From Escherichia coli (GTDB lineage Bacteria; Pseudomonadota; Gammaproteobacteria; Enterobacterales; Enterobacteriaceae): a stretch of 64,000 nt of DNA. The notes under the pieces were generated by a model. That model was not told the DNA's origin and made no database searches. It saw only the letters and a program-made list of their open reading frames with translations. Below, piece after piece: positions 1 to 12,892 of the stretch (position 1 is its first letter; every line of letters starts with the position of its first letter). A program made the position numbers and the translations under genes. The DNA lies in assembly GCF_003334405.1 (NCBI RefSeq), contig NZ_QOWM01000004.1; one strand, written 5' to 3'.

Positions 1-783
<783 letters not shown>

Positions 784-835
784 GGCTTAACCGGTGGCAG
801 GTTCACCGGTTTACTGATTTTTGAAGATGATAGCC

Positions 836-1534
836 ATGCAAAAAAACGCTGCGCATACTTATGCCATTTCCAGCTTGTTGGTGCTTTCACTAACCGGCTG
901 CGCCTGGATACCCTCCACGCCGCTGGTGCAGGGGGCGACCAGTGCACAACCGGTTCCCGGTCCGACGCCCGTCGCCAACGGTTCTATTTTCCAGTCTGCT
1001 CAGCCGATTAACTATGGCTATCAACCGCTGTTTGAAGATCGTCGACCACGCAATATTGGCGATACGCTGACCATCGTGTTGCAGGAGAACGTCAGCGCCA
1101 GCAAAAGCTCCTCTGCGAATGCCAGCCGTGACGGTAAAACTAATTTTGGCTTTGATACTGTGCCGCGCTATTTGCAGGGGCTGTTTGGTAACGCTCGTGC
1201 CGATGTCGAAGCCTCCGGTGGTAACACGTTCAACGGAAAGGGCGGGGCCAATGCCAGCAATACCTTTAGCGGCACGTTGACGGTGACGGTTGACCAGGTA
1301 CTGGTCAACGGCAACCTGCATGTGGTGGGTGAAAAACAGATTGCCATTAATCAGGGTACCGAATTTATTCGCTTCTCTGGCGTGGTTAATCCACGCACTA
1401 TCAGCGGCAGCAATACCGTACCGTCTACTCAGGTGGCGGATGCGCGCATTGAATACGTAGGCAATGGCTACATTAACGAAGCGCAAAATATGGGCTGGTT
1501 GCAGCGTTTCTTCCTTAACCTGTCGCCAATGTAA
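836..1534 (+). CDS. flgH: flagellar L-ring lipoprotein FlgH
   Basis: ORF 821..1534 trimmed to internal ATG giving 232 aa; lipoprotein signal ending LTGCAW. Confidence 0.9.
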
Positions 1535-1545
1535 GTGAGGCTGTG

Positions 1546-2643
1546 GTGATTAAATTTCTCTCTGCATTAATTCTTCTACTGGTCACGACGGCGGCTCAGG
1601 CTGAGCGTATTCGCGATCTCACCAGTGTTCAGGGGGTAAGGCAAAACTCACTGATTGGCTATGGTCTGGTGGTGGGGCTGGATGGCACCGGTGACCAGAC
1701 AACCCAGACGCCGTTTACCACACAAACGCTTAATAACATGCTCTCACAGCTGGGAATTACCGTTCCGACGGGCACCAATATGCAGCTAAAAAACGTCGCT
1801 GCGGTAATGGTGACAGCGTCACTTCCTCCGTTTGGACGTCAGGGGCAAACCATCGATGTGGTGGTTTCTTCCATGGGAAATGCCAAAAGCTTGCGTGGAG
1901 GTACGTTGTTGATGACACCGCTTAAGGGCGTTGACAGTCAGGTGTATGCGCTGGCGCAGGGCAATATTCTGGTTGGCGGCGCAGGAGCCTCCGCTGGCGG
2001 TAGCAGTGTTCAGGTTAACCAACTGAACGGTGGACGGATCACCAATGGTGCGGTTATTGAACGTGAATTGCCCAGCCAGTTTGGCGTCGGGAATACCCTT
2101 AATTTGCAACTTAACGACGAAGATTTCAGCATGGCGCAGCAAATCGCTGACACCATCAACCGCGTGCGTGGATATGGCAGCGCCACCGCGTTAGATGCGC
2201 GGACTATTCAGGTGCGCGTACCGAGTGGCAACAGTTCCCAGGTCCGCTTCCTTGCCGATATTCAGAATATGCAGGTTAATGTCACCCCGCAGGACGCTAA
2301 AGTAGTGATTAACTCGCGCACCGGTTCGGTGGTGATGAATCGCGAAGTGACCCTCGACAGCTGCGCGGTAGCGCAGGGGAATCTCTCAGTAACAGTTAAT
2401 CGTCAGGCCAATGTCAGCCAGCCAGATACACCGTTTGGTGGTGGACAGACTGTGGTTACTCCACAAACGCAGATCGATTTACGCCAGAGCGGCGGTTCGC
2501 TGCAAAGCGTACGTTCCAGCGCCAGCCTCAATAACGTGGTGCGCGCGCTCAATGCGCTGGGCGCTACGCCGATGGATCTGATGTCCATACTGCAATCAAT
2601 GCAAAGTGCGGGATGTCTGCGGGCAAAACTGGAAATCATCTGA
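1546..2643 (+). CDS. flgI: flagellar P-ring protein FlgI
   Basis: ORF trimmed to second GTG ([19 protein letters not shown] signal peptide), 365 aa. Confidence 0.9.
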
Positions 2644-3584
2644 TGATCAGCGACAGCAAACTACTGGCAAGTGCGGCCTGGGATGCGCAATCACTCAACG
2701 AACTAAAGGCGAAAGCGGGCGAAGATCCGGCGGCAAATATCCGTCCGGTGGCCCGTCAGGTGGAAGGGATGTTCGTGCAGATGATGTTGAAAAGCATGCG
2801 CGACGCTTTACCAAAAGATGGCCTGTTCAGCAGCGAGCACACTCGCCTGTATACCAGTATGTATGACCAGCAGATTGCCCAACAGATGACGGCGGGCAAA
2901 GGTCTGGGGCTTGCAGAGATGATGGTTAAACAGATGACGCCAGAACAACCATTGCCAGAGGAGTCCACGCCAGCAGCACCGATGAAATTCCCGCTCGAAA
3001 CTGTGGTGCGTTATCAAAATCAGGCGCTTTCGCAGCTGGTGCAAAAGGCCGTGCCACGTAACTACGATGATTCGCTGCCGGGTGACAGTAAAGCATTCCT
3101 CGCGCAACTCTCGCTGCCCGCCCAACTGGCAAGCCAGCAAAGCGGTGTGCCACATCATTTGATCCTCGCTCAGGCGGCACTGGAATCTGGTTGGGGGCAA
3201 CGGCAAATCCGCCGCGAAAACGGCGAGCCGAGCTATAACCTGTTTGGTGTCAAAGCCTCTGGCAACTGGAAAGGGCCAGTTACTGAAATCACCACGACTG
3301 AATATGAAAACGGCGAAGCGAAGAAAGTAAAAGCGAAGTTTCGCGTCTACAGCTCGTATCTGGAAGCCTTGTCGGATTACGTTGGGCTGTTAACGCGTAA
3401 CCCGCGCTACGCCGCCGTGACGACCGCCGCGAGTGCGGAACAGGGGGCGCAGGCCCTACAGGACGCGGGCTATGCCACCGATCCTCACTATGCCCGCAAA
3501 CTCACCAACATGATTCAGCAGATGAAATCGATAAGCGACAAGGTGAGCAAAACCTACAGTATGAACATTGATAATCTGTTCTGA
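2643..3584 (+). CDS. flgJ: flagellar rod-assembly protein / peptidoglycan hydrolase FlgJ
   Basis: ORF 2613..3584 trimmed to ATG overlapping flgI stop (TGATG), 313 aa; C-terminal glucosaminidase-like region. Confidence 0.88.
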   Translation: MISDSKLLASAAWDAQSLNELKAKAGEDPAANIRPVARQVEGMFVQMMLKSMRDALPKDGLFSSEHTRLYTSMYDQQIAQQMTAGKGLGLAEMMVKQMTPEQPLPEESTPAAPMKFPLETVVRYQNQALSQLVQKAVPRNYDDSLPGDSKAFLAQLSLPAQLASQQSGVPHHLILAQAALESGWGQRQIRRENGEPSYNLFGVKASGNWKGPVTEITTTEYENGEAKKVKAKFRVYSSYLEALSDYVGLLTRNPRYAAVTTAASAEQGAQALQDAGYATDPHYARKLTNMIQQMKSISDKVSKTYSMNIDNLF

Positions 3585-3585
3585 A

Positions 3586-3616
3586 TAACTCAAGTCCGGC
3601 GGGTCGCTGCCGATAA
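3586..3616 (+). promoter_or_regulatory. sigma-28 (FliA) class-3 promoter-like element for flgKL
   Basis: TAACTCAA - 15 bp - GCCGATAA located 34 bp upstream of flgK ATG; -10 is exact sigma-28 consensus GCCGATAA. Confidence 0.55.
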
Positions 3617-3649
3617 TACTCTGTAATTGAAGGCTTATAAGGAACCTCC

Positions 3650-5293
3650 ATGTCCAGCTTGATTAATAACGCCATGAGCGGACTGAACGCGGCCCAGGCG
3701 GCGTTAAATACGGCAAGTAATAATATCTCCAGCTATAACGTTGCCGGATATACCCGCCAAACCACTATTATGGCGCAGGCCAATAGCACGTTGGGCGCTG
3801 GCGGCTGGGTTGGCAATGGTGTCTACGTTTCTGGTGTGCAGCGTGAGTATGATGCGTTTATTACCAACCAGTTACGTGCGGCGCAGACGCAAAGTAGCGG
3901 TCTGACTGCCCGCTATGAGCAGATGTCGAAAATCGACAATATGCTCTCCACCAGTACCTCTTCGCTGGCAACACAGATGCAGGATTTCTTCACCAGCCTG
4001 CAAACGCTGGTGAGTAACGCGGAAGACCCGGCAGCGCGCCAGGCGCTGATTGGGAAATCAGAAGGATTGGTGAATCAGTTTAAAACCACCGATCAATATC
4101 TGCGCGACCAGGACAAACAGGTCAATATCGCGATAGGTGCCAGCGTTGATCAGATCAACAACTACGCTAAACAAATTGCCAGCCTGAACGATCAAATCTC
4201 GCGCCTGACAGGCGTGGGGGCAGGGGCGTCACCTAACAATCTGCTGGATCAACGCGATCAACTGGTGAGCGAATTAAACCAGATTGTTGGTGTAGAAGTC
4301 AGCGTTCAGGATGGCGGCACTTATAACATCACGATGGCCAATGGTTACTCACTGGTTCAGGGAAGTACGGCGCGGCAACTGGCGGCAGTTCCTTCCAGCG
4401 CTGACCCTTCTCGTACGACTGTCGCTTATGTTGATGGGACGGCAGGCAATATTGAGATCCCGGAGAAATTACTGAATACCGGGTCGCTGGGCGGCATTCT
4501 GACATTCCGTTCTCAGGATCTGGACCAGACGCGTAATACGCTTGGACAACTGGCGCTGGCATTTGCCGAGGCTTTCAACACCCAACACAAAGCCGGATTT
4601 GATGCTAACGGCGATGCCGGTGAAGATTTCTTTGCTATCGGTAAGCCCGCGGTTCTGCAAAACACGAAAAACAAAGGTGACGTTGCGATCGGTGCCACGG
4701 TAACTGATGCCTCCGCGGTACTGGCGACAGATTACAAAATCTCGTTCGATAATAATCAGTGGCAGGTCACCCGCCTTGCCAGCAATACCACTTTTACGGT
4801 GACGCCGGATGCCAACGGTAAAGTGGCATTTGATGGTCTGGAGTTGACGTTTACAGGAACGCCTGCCGTTAACGACAGCTTCACGCTGAAACCAGTAAGT
4901 GACGCCATCGTCAACATGGATGTATTAATCACCGACGAAGCGAAAATAGCGATGGCGAGCGAAGAAGATGCGGGTGATAGCGATAACCGCAACGGTCAGG
5001 CCCTGCTGGATCTGCAAAGCAACAGTAAAACGGTGGGCGGTGCGAAATCCTTTAACGACGCTTATGCCTCGTTAGTGAGTGATATCGGTAATAAAACCGC
5101 GACGTTGAAAACCAGTAGCGCCACGCAAGGTAATGTGGTGACGCAGCTTTCCAATCAGCAGCAGTCGATTTCCGGTGTCAATCTCGATGAGGAGTACGGA
5201 AATCTGCAACGTTTTCAGCAGTATTACCTGGCGAATGCGCAGGTTCTGCAGACGGCAAACGCGATTTTTGATGCGCTGATTAACATTCGCTAA
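3650..5293 (+). CDS. flgK: flagellar hook-associated protein 1 FlgK
   Basis: 547-aa ORF; N-terminal MSSLINNAMSGLNAAQAALNTASNNISS motif typical of hook-associated proteins. Confidence 0.92.
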   Translation: MSSLINNAMSGLNAAQAALNTASNNISSYNVAGYTRQTTIMAQANSTLGAGGWVGNGVYVSGVQREYDAFITNQLRAAQTQSSGLTARYEQMSKIDNMLSTSTSSLATQMQDFFTSLQTLVSNAEDPAARQALIGKSEGLVNQFKTTDQYLRDQDKQVNIAIGASVDQINNYAKQIASLNDQISRLTGVGAGASPNNLLDQRDQLVSELNQIVGVEVSVQDGGTYNITMANGYSLVQGSTARQLAAVPSSADPSRTTVAYVDGTAGNIEIPEKLLNTGSLGGILTFRSQDLDQTRNTLGQLALAFAEAFNTQHKAGFDANGDAGEDFFAIGKPAVLQNTKNKGDVAIGATVTDASAVLATDYKISFDNNQWQVTRLASNTTFTVTPDANGKVAFDGLELTFTGTPAVNDSFTLKPVSDAIVNMDVLITDEAKIAMASEEDAGDSDNRNGQALLDLQSNSKTVGGAKSFNDAYASLVSDIGNKTATLKTSSATQGNVVTQLSNQQQSISGVNLDEEYGNLQRFQQYYLANAQVLQTANAIFDALINIR

Positions 5294-5304
5294 GGGGAGA
5301 TAAG

Positions 5305-6258
5305 ATGCGTTTCAGTACACAGATGATGTACCAGCAAAACATGCGTGGTATCACCAATTCTCAGGCAGAATGGATGAAGTACGGCGAACAGATGTCGACG
5401 GGTAAGCGAGTCGTTAACCCTTCTGACGATCCCATTGCTGCATCACAAGCCGTAGTTCTCTCCCAGGCACAGGCGCAAAACAGCCAGTACACGCTGGCGC
5501 GTACTTTCGCCACTCAAAAAGTGTCACTGGAAGAGAGTGTACTTAGCCAGGTCACCACTGCTATCCAGAATGCTCAGGAAAAAATTGTCTACGCCAGCAA
5601 TGGCACCTTGAGTGACGATGACCGGGCCTCGCTGGCTACGGATATTCAGGGGCTTCGTGACCAGTTGCTGAATCTGGCAAACACCACTGACGGTAACGGG
5701 CGCTACATTTTTGCCGGTTATAAAACAGAGACTGCGCCGTTTAGCGAAGAGAAAGGGAAATACGTCGGTGGAGCAGAAAGTATTAAACAACAGGTCGATG
5801 CTTCGCGTTCGATGGTGATAGGGCACACGGGTGACAAAATTTTCGACAGTATTACCAGCAACGCGGTAGCGGAACCAGACGGTAGCGCTTCTGAAACCAA
5901 TCTTTTTGCCATGCTGGATAGTGCCATCGCAGCCCTGAAAACGCCGGTCGCGGATAGCGAAGCGGATAAAGAAACCGCCGCTGCGGCGTTAGATAAAACC
6001 AACCGCGGACTGAAAAACTCGCTGAACAATGTGCTGACTGTTCGCGCGGAATTAGGCACGCAGCTGAACGAACTGGAGTCGCTGGATTCATTAGGTAGCG
6101 ATCGCGCTTTAGGGAAAACGCAGCAGATGAGCGATCTGGTTGATGTGGACTGGAATGCAACTATTTCATCTTACATCATGCAGCAAACGGTATTGCAGGC
6201 ATCGTATAAAGCATTTACCGATATGCAGGGATTGTCGCTCTTCCAGCTCAGCAAATAA
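5305..6258 (+). CDS. flgL: flagellar hook-associated protein 3 FlgL
   Basis: 317-aa ORF immediately downstream of flgK with RBS GGGGAGA. Confidence 0.9.
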   Translation: MRFSTQMMYQQNMRGITNSQAEWMKYGEQMSTGKRVVNPSDDPIAASQAVVLSQAQAQNSQYTLARTFATQKVSLEESVLSQVTTAIQNAQEKIVYASNGTLSDDDRASLATDIQGLRDQLLNLANTTDGNGRYIFAGYKTETAPFSEEKGKYVGGAESIKQQVDASRSMVIGHTGDKIFDSITSNAVAEPDGSASETNLFAMLDSAIAALKTPVADSEADKETAAAALDKTNRGLKNSLNNVLTVRAELGTQLNELESLDSLGSDRALGKTQQMSDLVDVDWNATISSYIMQQTVLQASYKAFTDMQGLSLFQLSK

Positions 6259-6299
6259 TTTCGCTTTAAAACATATCATGAAACTGGGTATGTTTTGTC

Positions 6300-6336
6300 T
6301 GCCTGCTCTGGGATCGCTGGGGCGGGCATTTTTTTG
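6300..6336 (+). terminator. intrinsic terminator downstream of flgL
   Basis: stem TGCCTGC/GCGGGCA followed by T8 run at 6329-6336. Confidence 0.5.
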
Positions 6337-6402
6337 CCTATTTTGCATTGTTGGTTAGCAAGGATGCCATTCGATGAATTTTAATATGTTGATTCAAAGA
6401 TG

Positions 6403-6432
6403 AAATAAAAAAGCCCTGGCAGTTACCAGGGC
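6403..6432 (-). terminator. intrinsic terminator downstream of rne
   Basis: hairpin GCCCTGG-cagttac-CAGGGC; on minus strand followed by T-run (plus-strand A-run 6403-6412); 20 bp after rne stop. Confidence 0.6.
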
Positions 6433-6453
6433 TTGATTACTTTGAGCTAATTA

Positions 6454-9400
6454 TTACTCAACAGGTTGCGGACGCGCAGGAGCGGCAGAGGCATGATGTG
6501 TTGCCGTATGACCACCTGCGGCACCTTTACCTTCGAAGGCAAAAGTAGGGCGCTGCCAGTCACTGTGACGCGGTGCCTCCGGAACATATTCCGGTGCTGG
6601 AGCGCGCGTCATTGGCGCGGTAGCGTGGTTATGCTCAACGGTGACCTCAGGTTCGACCGCAGCTACCGTTTCAACTTCTGCTGCGACTTCAGCGACTACT
6701 GGCGCGGCAGGTTGAGCAACAACTTCAGGTTCAGCAACTACAACCTCAGCAGTTTCGACAACTTCTTCAATATCTGCCGTCTCTTCCTGCGGTTCAACCA
6801 CCGGTTCTGCTTGTTCTGCAACTTCCTGGGCTACGGCAACATCAGACTCGGTAATCACCTGCGGCTGTTCAGTTACCGCGGCAGCGATCACTTCAGGATG
6901 CGTCGTTTCAACCACTTCCGGTTGCGGTTCGGCAACCTGAACGGGGGCTTCTACGACACCGGCCACTTCTTCAACAACTGGCGCGCTAACAACCGGTTCG
7001 ATAGCGGCGGCGACAGGGACCTCAGTCACCATCGGCTGCACATGTACTTCTTCCTGTTCGCGCTGCTCTTCAACCTGTACATCTTGCGGACGTACAATTG
7101 GATAGCGGATCCAGACTTTGCCAGAGGCCAGTTCCGGAGACGCGCACGCTACGGTCAACGGCATTGGCGACTGGGTTGGATAACGCTCGTCACGATAGCG
7201 ACGACGACGCTGACCACTTACGCGCAGGTGACGAGGCGAGCGGCGAGAACGACGCGGCATGCCACCGTTGTCACGGTTATCAGCATTGTTCTCTTCTTGC
7301 TGTTCTGGTGCAGTTTGCGCTACGACTGGCAGCGGGACTTTCACCAGTTCTGTGCGTGGAGCTGGCGCTTCCTGAACAATTGGTTCGGCAGCGACAGTTT
7401 CTTCAACCACCGGTGCGACTACCGCTTCTTCGGCTACGCTTTGCTCGTAACGCACTTTCTGATTGAGCTGACGCTGTTTACGACGCGGCTGAACCGGACG
7501 TACACGTTCTTCCTGTTCGGTTTCCTGAACAGATTGCTCTTCAACATTCAGCGCCTTCGCTTCTTGTTGCGCCTGACGTTTATCATCATTACGGCGGCGG
7601 CTACGTTCACGACGCGGCGCTTGCTGCTCGTCGGCGGTACGCGCTTTTTCCGTTACCTCAGCCTGCTGACGGCTCTCACGCGTCTCGGCAGTCTGCTGCT
7701 GTGCCTGGCGACGATTACGACGGTTTTCTTCGCGATTATCGCTGCCTTCAGTACGTTCACTACGGGTGTCGCGGCGCTCATTACGGTCACGGCGGTTGTT
7801 CTGACGAGGCTTGCGACGATCCTGTTGACGTTCCGGTTTCGCTTCTGCTTTCGGTGCTGGTTGCTCGGTCGGTTTGGTTTCTTCACCACCGCTGAACAGC
7901 GCTTTCAGTGCGCCGAAGAAGCGGCTCAACAGCCCAGGTTGTGCAGGAGCTGCTGGTGTTGCCGGTGCAGCTTTCGGTGCTGGAGCTACAACAGGCGCGG
8001 CAGGTTCAGCTGGCGTTGGCGCAGGCGGCACATCCGGCATGGCAAAGGTTGCCAGCGCAGGTTGTTCCGGACGCTTACGTTCAGCGAACTCTTCTTCAGA
8101 CGGCAGCGCCATCGCTTCTTCATGCAGCTTCGGCAGCATGTAGCTTAAGGTTGGGGTTTCTTCCCCTTTACGCACGCGCAGCACGTGGTAGTGCGGGGTT
8201 TCCATCTGATCGTTTGGCACAATTACACAGCGCACACCGTCCTGACGAGTTTCAATGGCATTTACCGCAGAACGTTTTTCATTCAGCAGGTAAGAAGCGA
8301 TTGGCACAGGAACAATGGCGTGAACTTCCTGGGTGTTCTCTTTCAGCGCTTCTTCTTCGATCAGACGCAGAATAGAGAGCGACAGCGATTCGTTGTCACG
8401 CACGGTGCCAGTACCAGAACAACGCGGACAAACGTGATGACTGGATTCACCCAGTGATGGGCTCAGGCGCTGACGGGACATTTCCAGCAGGCCAAAGCGA
8501 GAAATATGGCTGATTTGAATACGCGCACGGTCCTGACGCACCGCTTCACGCAGACGGTTTTCTACCGCACGCTGGTGGCGTACTGGCGTCATGTCGATGA
8601 AGTCGATAACAATCAGGCCGCCGAGGTCACGCAGGCGCAGCTGACGAGCAATCTCATCGGCAGCTTCGAGGTTAGTGTTAAACGCGGTTTCTTCGATATC
8701 GCCGCCGCGGGTCGCGCGTGCGGAGTTGATGTCGATGGCCGTTAACGCTTCGGTGCTGTCGATAACAATGGAACCACCAGACGGCAGACGAACTTCACGC
8801 TGGAAGGCGGACTCGATCTGTGACTCGATCTGGTAGTGGCTGAACAGCGGGATCTCGCCGGTGTACAGTTTGATTTTGCTGCTGAAATCCGGGCGACCTA
8901 ATGCAGCGATATGCTGACGTGCCAGTTCGAGCACTTTCGGGTTATCGATAAGGATTTCGCCGATGTCCTGACGTAAGTAATCGCGGAATGCGCGAACGAT
9001 TACGTTGCTCTCCTGATGAATCAGGAACGGGGCCGGGCGGCTTTCAGCGGCTTTTTTGATGGCTTCCCAGTGTTTCAGACGGAAGCTTAAATCCCATTGC
9101 AGCGCCTCAGCAGATTTGCCGACGCCAGCGGTGCGCACGATAAGCCCCATGCCTTCCGGCAGTTCAAGGCTTGCCAGTGCTTCTTTTAATTCGGTACGGT
9201 CGTCGCCTTCGATACGGCGAGAAATGCCACCCGCGCGCGGGTTGTTCGGCATCAGAACCAGATAGCTACCCGCCAGACTGATAAAGGTGGTTAATGCCGC
9301 GCCTTTGTTGCCGCGCTCTTCTTTATCGATCTGAACAATGACTTCCTGACCTTCACGCAACACATCTTTAATGTTGGGACGACCATGAGCACTGTAGTTA

Positions 9401-9639
9401 GCAGGGAAATATTCGCGGGCAATTTCTTTTAGTGGGAGGAAACCGTGACGTTCAGCGCCGTAATCAACAAAAGCAGCTTCCAGACTCGGTTCAATGCGGG
9501 TGATTTTACCTTTGTAGATGTTTGCCTTTTTCTGCTCGTGCCCTGGACTTTCGATATCCAGGTCATACAGACGCTGCCCATCTACAAGGGCAACGCGCAA
9601 CTCTTCCTGCTGAGTTGCGTTGATTAACATTCTTTTCAT
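6454..9639 (-). CDS. rne: ribonuclease E
   Basis: 1061-aa ORF; N-terminal catalytic domain [30 protein letters not shown]... and Arg/Pro/Glu-rich low-complexity C-terminal scaffold. Confidence 0.95.
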   Translation of the reverse strand: MKRMLINATQQEELRVALVDGQRLYDLDIESPGHEQKKANIYKGKITRIEPSLEAAFVDYGAERHGFLPLKEIAREYFPANYSAHGRPNIKDVLREGQEVIVQIDKEERGNKGAALTTFISLAGSYLVLMPNNPRAGGISRRIEGDDRTELKEALASLELPEGMGLIVRTAGVGKSAEALQWDLSFRLKHWEAIKKAAESRPAPFLIHQESNVIVRAFRDYLRQDIGEILIDNPKVLELARQHIAALGRPDFSSKIKLYTGEIPLFSHYQIESQIESAFQREVRLPSGGSIVIDSTEALTAIDINSARATRGGDIEETAFNTNLEAADEIARQLRLRDLGGLIVIDFIDMTPVRHQRAVENRLREAVRQDRARIQISHISRFGLLEMSRQRLSPSLGESSHHVCPRCSGTGTVRDNESLSLSILRLIEEEALKENTQEVHAIVPVPIASYLLNEKRSAVNAIETRQDGVRCVIVPNDQMETPHYHVLRVRKGEETPTLSYMLPKLHEEAMALPSEEEFAERKRPEQPALATFAMPDVPPAPTPAEPAAPVVAPAPKAAPATPAAPAQPGLLSRFFGALKALFSGGEETKPTEQPAPKAEAKPERQQDRRKPRQNNRRDRNERRDTRSERTEGSDNREENRRNRRQAQQQTAETRESRQQAEVTEKARTADEQQAPRRERSRRRNDDKRQAQQEAKALNVEEQSVQETEQEERVRPVQPRRKQRQLNQKVRYEQSVAEEAVVAPVVEETVAAEPIVQEAPAPRTELVKVPLPVVAQTAPEQQEENNADNRDNGGMPRRSRRSPRHLRVSGQRRRRYRDERYPTQSPMPLTVACASPELASGKVWIRYPIVRPQDVQVEEQREQEEVHVQPMVTEVPVAAAIEPVVSAPVVEEVAGVVEAPVQVAEPQPEVVETTHPEVIAAAVTEQPQVITESDVAVAQEVAEQAEPVVEPQEETADIEEVVETAEVVVAEPEVVAQPAAPVVAEVAAEVETVAAVEPEVTVEHNHATAPMTRAPAPEYVPEAPRHSDWQRPTFAFEGKGAAGGHTATHHASAAPARPQPVE

Positions 9640-10005
9640 CGTAACTTACTCATTATTCTTACATTGACGACTAAGCTGCGGGCAAAGTAACGCCTTTCCG
9701 GGTGTGAACCGATGGCCTCGTGTCTAGTCGCGTCGCCAACCTCACGGTTATCGTCAGCTCAAAGAGGCGCAGAGTGTCGGTTGCCCGTTTTTCATGCGGA
9801 AAAACAGCGCAATTATCAAAGAAACAGACTGGGTATTACTCTCCAGAAATATTTCCATCTACCGGTAAGGACTGCAACCCGCAGCCCGCTAACTGCCTGA
9901 AAGATCAATACGTCTTACGCCATTGCTGCGTGGATGATCGGTCGGGCAAAATGGGTTATTCCGTAAAATTTCTTGTTTTAACAAGGATGGACACGGAAAC
10001 GGCCT
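9640..10005 (-). promoter_or_regulatory. rne long 5-prime leader and promoter region (autoregulatory leader)
   Basis: about 570 bp non-coding gap between divergent rne and rluC; established knowledge that rne carries a roughly 360-nt structured leader; exact ends not determined here. Confidence 0.6.
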
Positions 10006-10211
10006 CATTATTCCACTGCAAGCCTTGTTATAGCAAGATGACTTTTACCATTTATCACCCGCTTACTCACAGTTTTTTCACTTCTTGCTGGTGATTGGTT
10101 TAATAACCATCAATAAAGTGATCACGCAGTGAAGTAATAAGGTGCAAAAGTAAATATAAGCATAGAAAAATGAGTGGCGCGAATCCTGTTGGCTAATTAG
10201 AATCGCCAACC

Positions 10212-11171
10212 ATGAAAACAGAGACTCCATCCGTAAAAATTGTTGCTATCACCGCTGACGAAGCGGGGCAACGTATCGATAACTTTTTGCGTACCCAATT
10301 GAAAGGCGTACCAAAAAGTATGATTTACCGTATTTTGCGTAAAGGCGAAGTGCGGGTGAACAAAAAACGTATTAAGCCTGAATATAAACTCGAAGCGGGT
10401 GATGAGGTGCGTATTCCACCGGTTCGCGTTGCTGAGCGGGAAGAAGAGGCGGTTTCGCCACATCTGCAAAAGGTGGCGGCGCTGGCGGACGTCATCTTAT
10501 ATGAAGATGATCACATCCTGGTGCTGAATAAACCTTCCGGTACGGCGGTACATGGCGGCAGTGGTTTAAGCTTCGGCGTTATTGAAGGTTTGCGGGCGTT
10601 GCGCCCGGAAGCGCGGTTCCTTGAACTGGTTCATCGTCTTGACCGGGACACCTCAGGTGTTTTGCTGGTAGCGAAAAAACGCTCGGCGTTGCGTTCTCTG
10701 CATGAGCAATTACGTGAAAAAGGGATGCAAAAAGATTACCTGGCGCTGGTGCGCGGTCAGTGGCAGTCGCATGTGAAGAGCGTTCAAGCACCGTTACTGA
10801 AAAATATTCTGCAAAGCGGCGAACGTATCGTGCGTGTGAGTCAGGAAGGCAAACCGTCGGAAACACGCTTTAAAGTGGAAGAACGCTATGCATTTGCCAC
10901 CCTGGTGCGTTGTAGCCCGGTAACAGGGCGTACTCACCAGATCCGTGTGCATACACAATATGCGGGTCATCCGATTGCCTTTGACGATCGCTACGGTGAC
11001 CGTGAATTTGACAGGCAGCTCACTGAAGCAGGCACGGGATTAAATCGCCTGTTCCTGCACGCTGCAGCGTTGAAGTTTACTCATCCGGGGACCGGTGAGG
11101 TGATGCGTATCGAAGCTCCGATGGATGAAGGTTTGAAGCGTTGTTTGCAAAAGCTGCGTAACGCGCGCTAA
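10212..11171 (+). CDS. rluC: 23S rRNA pseudouridine synthase RluC
   Basis: 319-aa ORF with S4-like N-terminus and RluA-family catalytic motif HRLDRDTSGVLL. Confidence 0.9.
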   Translation: MKTETPSVKIVAITADEAGQRIDNFLRTQLKGVPKSMIYRILRKGEVRVNKKRIKPEYKLEAGDEVRIPPVRVAEREEEAVSPHLQKVAALADVILYEDDHILVLNKPSGTAVHGGSGLSFGVIEGLRALRPEARFLELVHRLDRDTSGVLLVAKKRSALRSLHEQLREKGMQKDYLALVRGQWQSHVKSVQAPLLKNILQSGERIVRVSQEGKPSETRFKVEERYAFATLVRCSPVTGRTHQIRVHTQYAGHPIAFDDRYGDREFDRQLTEAGTGLNRLFLHAAALKFTHPGTGEVMRIEAPMDEGLKRCLQKLRNAR

Positions 11172-11203
11172 TACAAGCATATAAACCTGATAATGGGCGG
11201 TTG

Positions 11204-11274
11204 GCCTGATAAGGCGTTTACGCCGCATCAGGCCGCCAGCACCGATTGCCGGATGCGACGTAACCACATCCGGC
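11204..11274. repeat. REP/BIME palindromic elements
   Basis: GCCTGATAAGGCGTTTACGCCGCATCAGGC and GCCGGATGCGACG...CACATCCGGC palindromes between convergent rluC and yceF. Confidence 0.75.
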
Positions 11275-11282
11275 GCAAAAAA

Positions 11283-11867
11283 CTATCCCATCAGCGGGTT
11301 TTTCCCTTCCCGACGTAACATCTGACACAGCGCGATTAGCGGTAAACCAACCAGCGTGTTAGGATCACGCCCCTCTAAACGCTCAAACAGCGTAATGCCA
11401 AATCCTTCACTCTTAAAGCTACCCGCGCAGTGCAGGGGATGCTCTTTACGCACGTAATTATCAATCTCCGCCTCGCTCAGGTGACGGAAATGGACGTCAA
11501 AAGGCTCCACTTCTGTTTGCAGATGCCCATTCGCCGAATTAAACAACGCCAGTCCAGTATAGAAGGTGACGATATTGCCGCTGGCTTTGCGTAATTGCAG
11601 ACGGGCATTTTCTTCCGTTAACGGTTTACCGGTGATTTCGCCATCAAGAACACATACCTGGTCTGAACCAATAATTAAATGATCCGGATAACGTGACGCC
11701 AGAGATTGCGCTTTTTCTTGTGCCAGTCGAAGCACCAACTGTCGCGGTGATTCGTCGCTGCGTGGGGTTTCGTCGACCTCTGGTGCTGCACATTCAAAAG
11801 AGATTTGCAGTTTTTCCAGAAGAGCGCGACGCCATGGCGAGGTGGAGGCTAAAATAAGTTTAGGCAT
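11283..11867 (-). CDS. yceF: Maf-family nucleoside triphosphate pyrophosphatase YceF
   Basis: ORF 11283..11906 trimmed to [20 protein letters not shown] (194 aa), Maf-like fold. Confidence 0.85.
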
Positions 11868-12036
11868 ATTTTTTTCCATCAGATATAGCGTATTGATGAT
11901 AGCCATTTTAAACTATGCGCTTCGTTTTGCAGGTTGATGTTTGTTATCAGCACTGAACGAAAATAAAGCAGTAACCCGCAATGTGTGCGAATTATTGGCA
12001 AAAGGCAACCACAGGCTGCCTTTTTCTTTGACTCTA
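11868..12036 (+). ncRNA. sraB: small RNA SraB region (yceF-yceD intergenic)
   Basis: 199-bp gap upstream of yceD; weak hairpin AAAGGCA-N9-TGCCTTT with T-run at 11991-12015; placement from established E. coli map, ends approximate. Confidence 0.45.
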
Positions 12037-12053
12037 TGACGTTACAAAGTTAA

Positions 12054-12587
<534 letters not shown>

Positions 12588-12626
12588 TTGGTGCTCCCCG
12601 TTGGATCGGGGATAAACCGTAATTGA

Positions 12627-12812
<186 letters not shown>

Positions 12813-12892
12813 TCACGCATCTGCGTGATGAAGCTTAGTGAGGATTTTCCCCAGGCAACTGGGGAAAGACCAAACCGGGCGGCGACGATACC

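Noticed and set aside
6466-8148. 560-aa plus-strand ORF antisense to rne
   Set aside because: It lies entirely inside the well-supported rne coding sequence on the opposite strand. Its translation is low-complexity (Arg/Phe/Leu-rich) with no recognisable domain and reflects the biased, repetitive codon usage of the RNase E C-terminal scaffold region; treated as a frame artefact.
9712-10094. 62-aa and 124-aa plus-strand ORFs in the rne-rluC intergenic region
   Set aside because: They overlap the region expected to encode the structured rne 5-prime leader on the opposite strand; no RBS and no family resemblance; the region is better explained as leader/promoter DNA.
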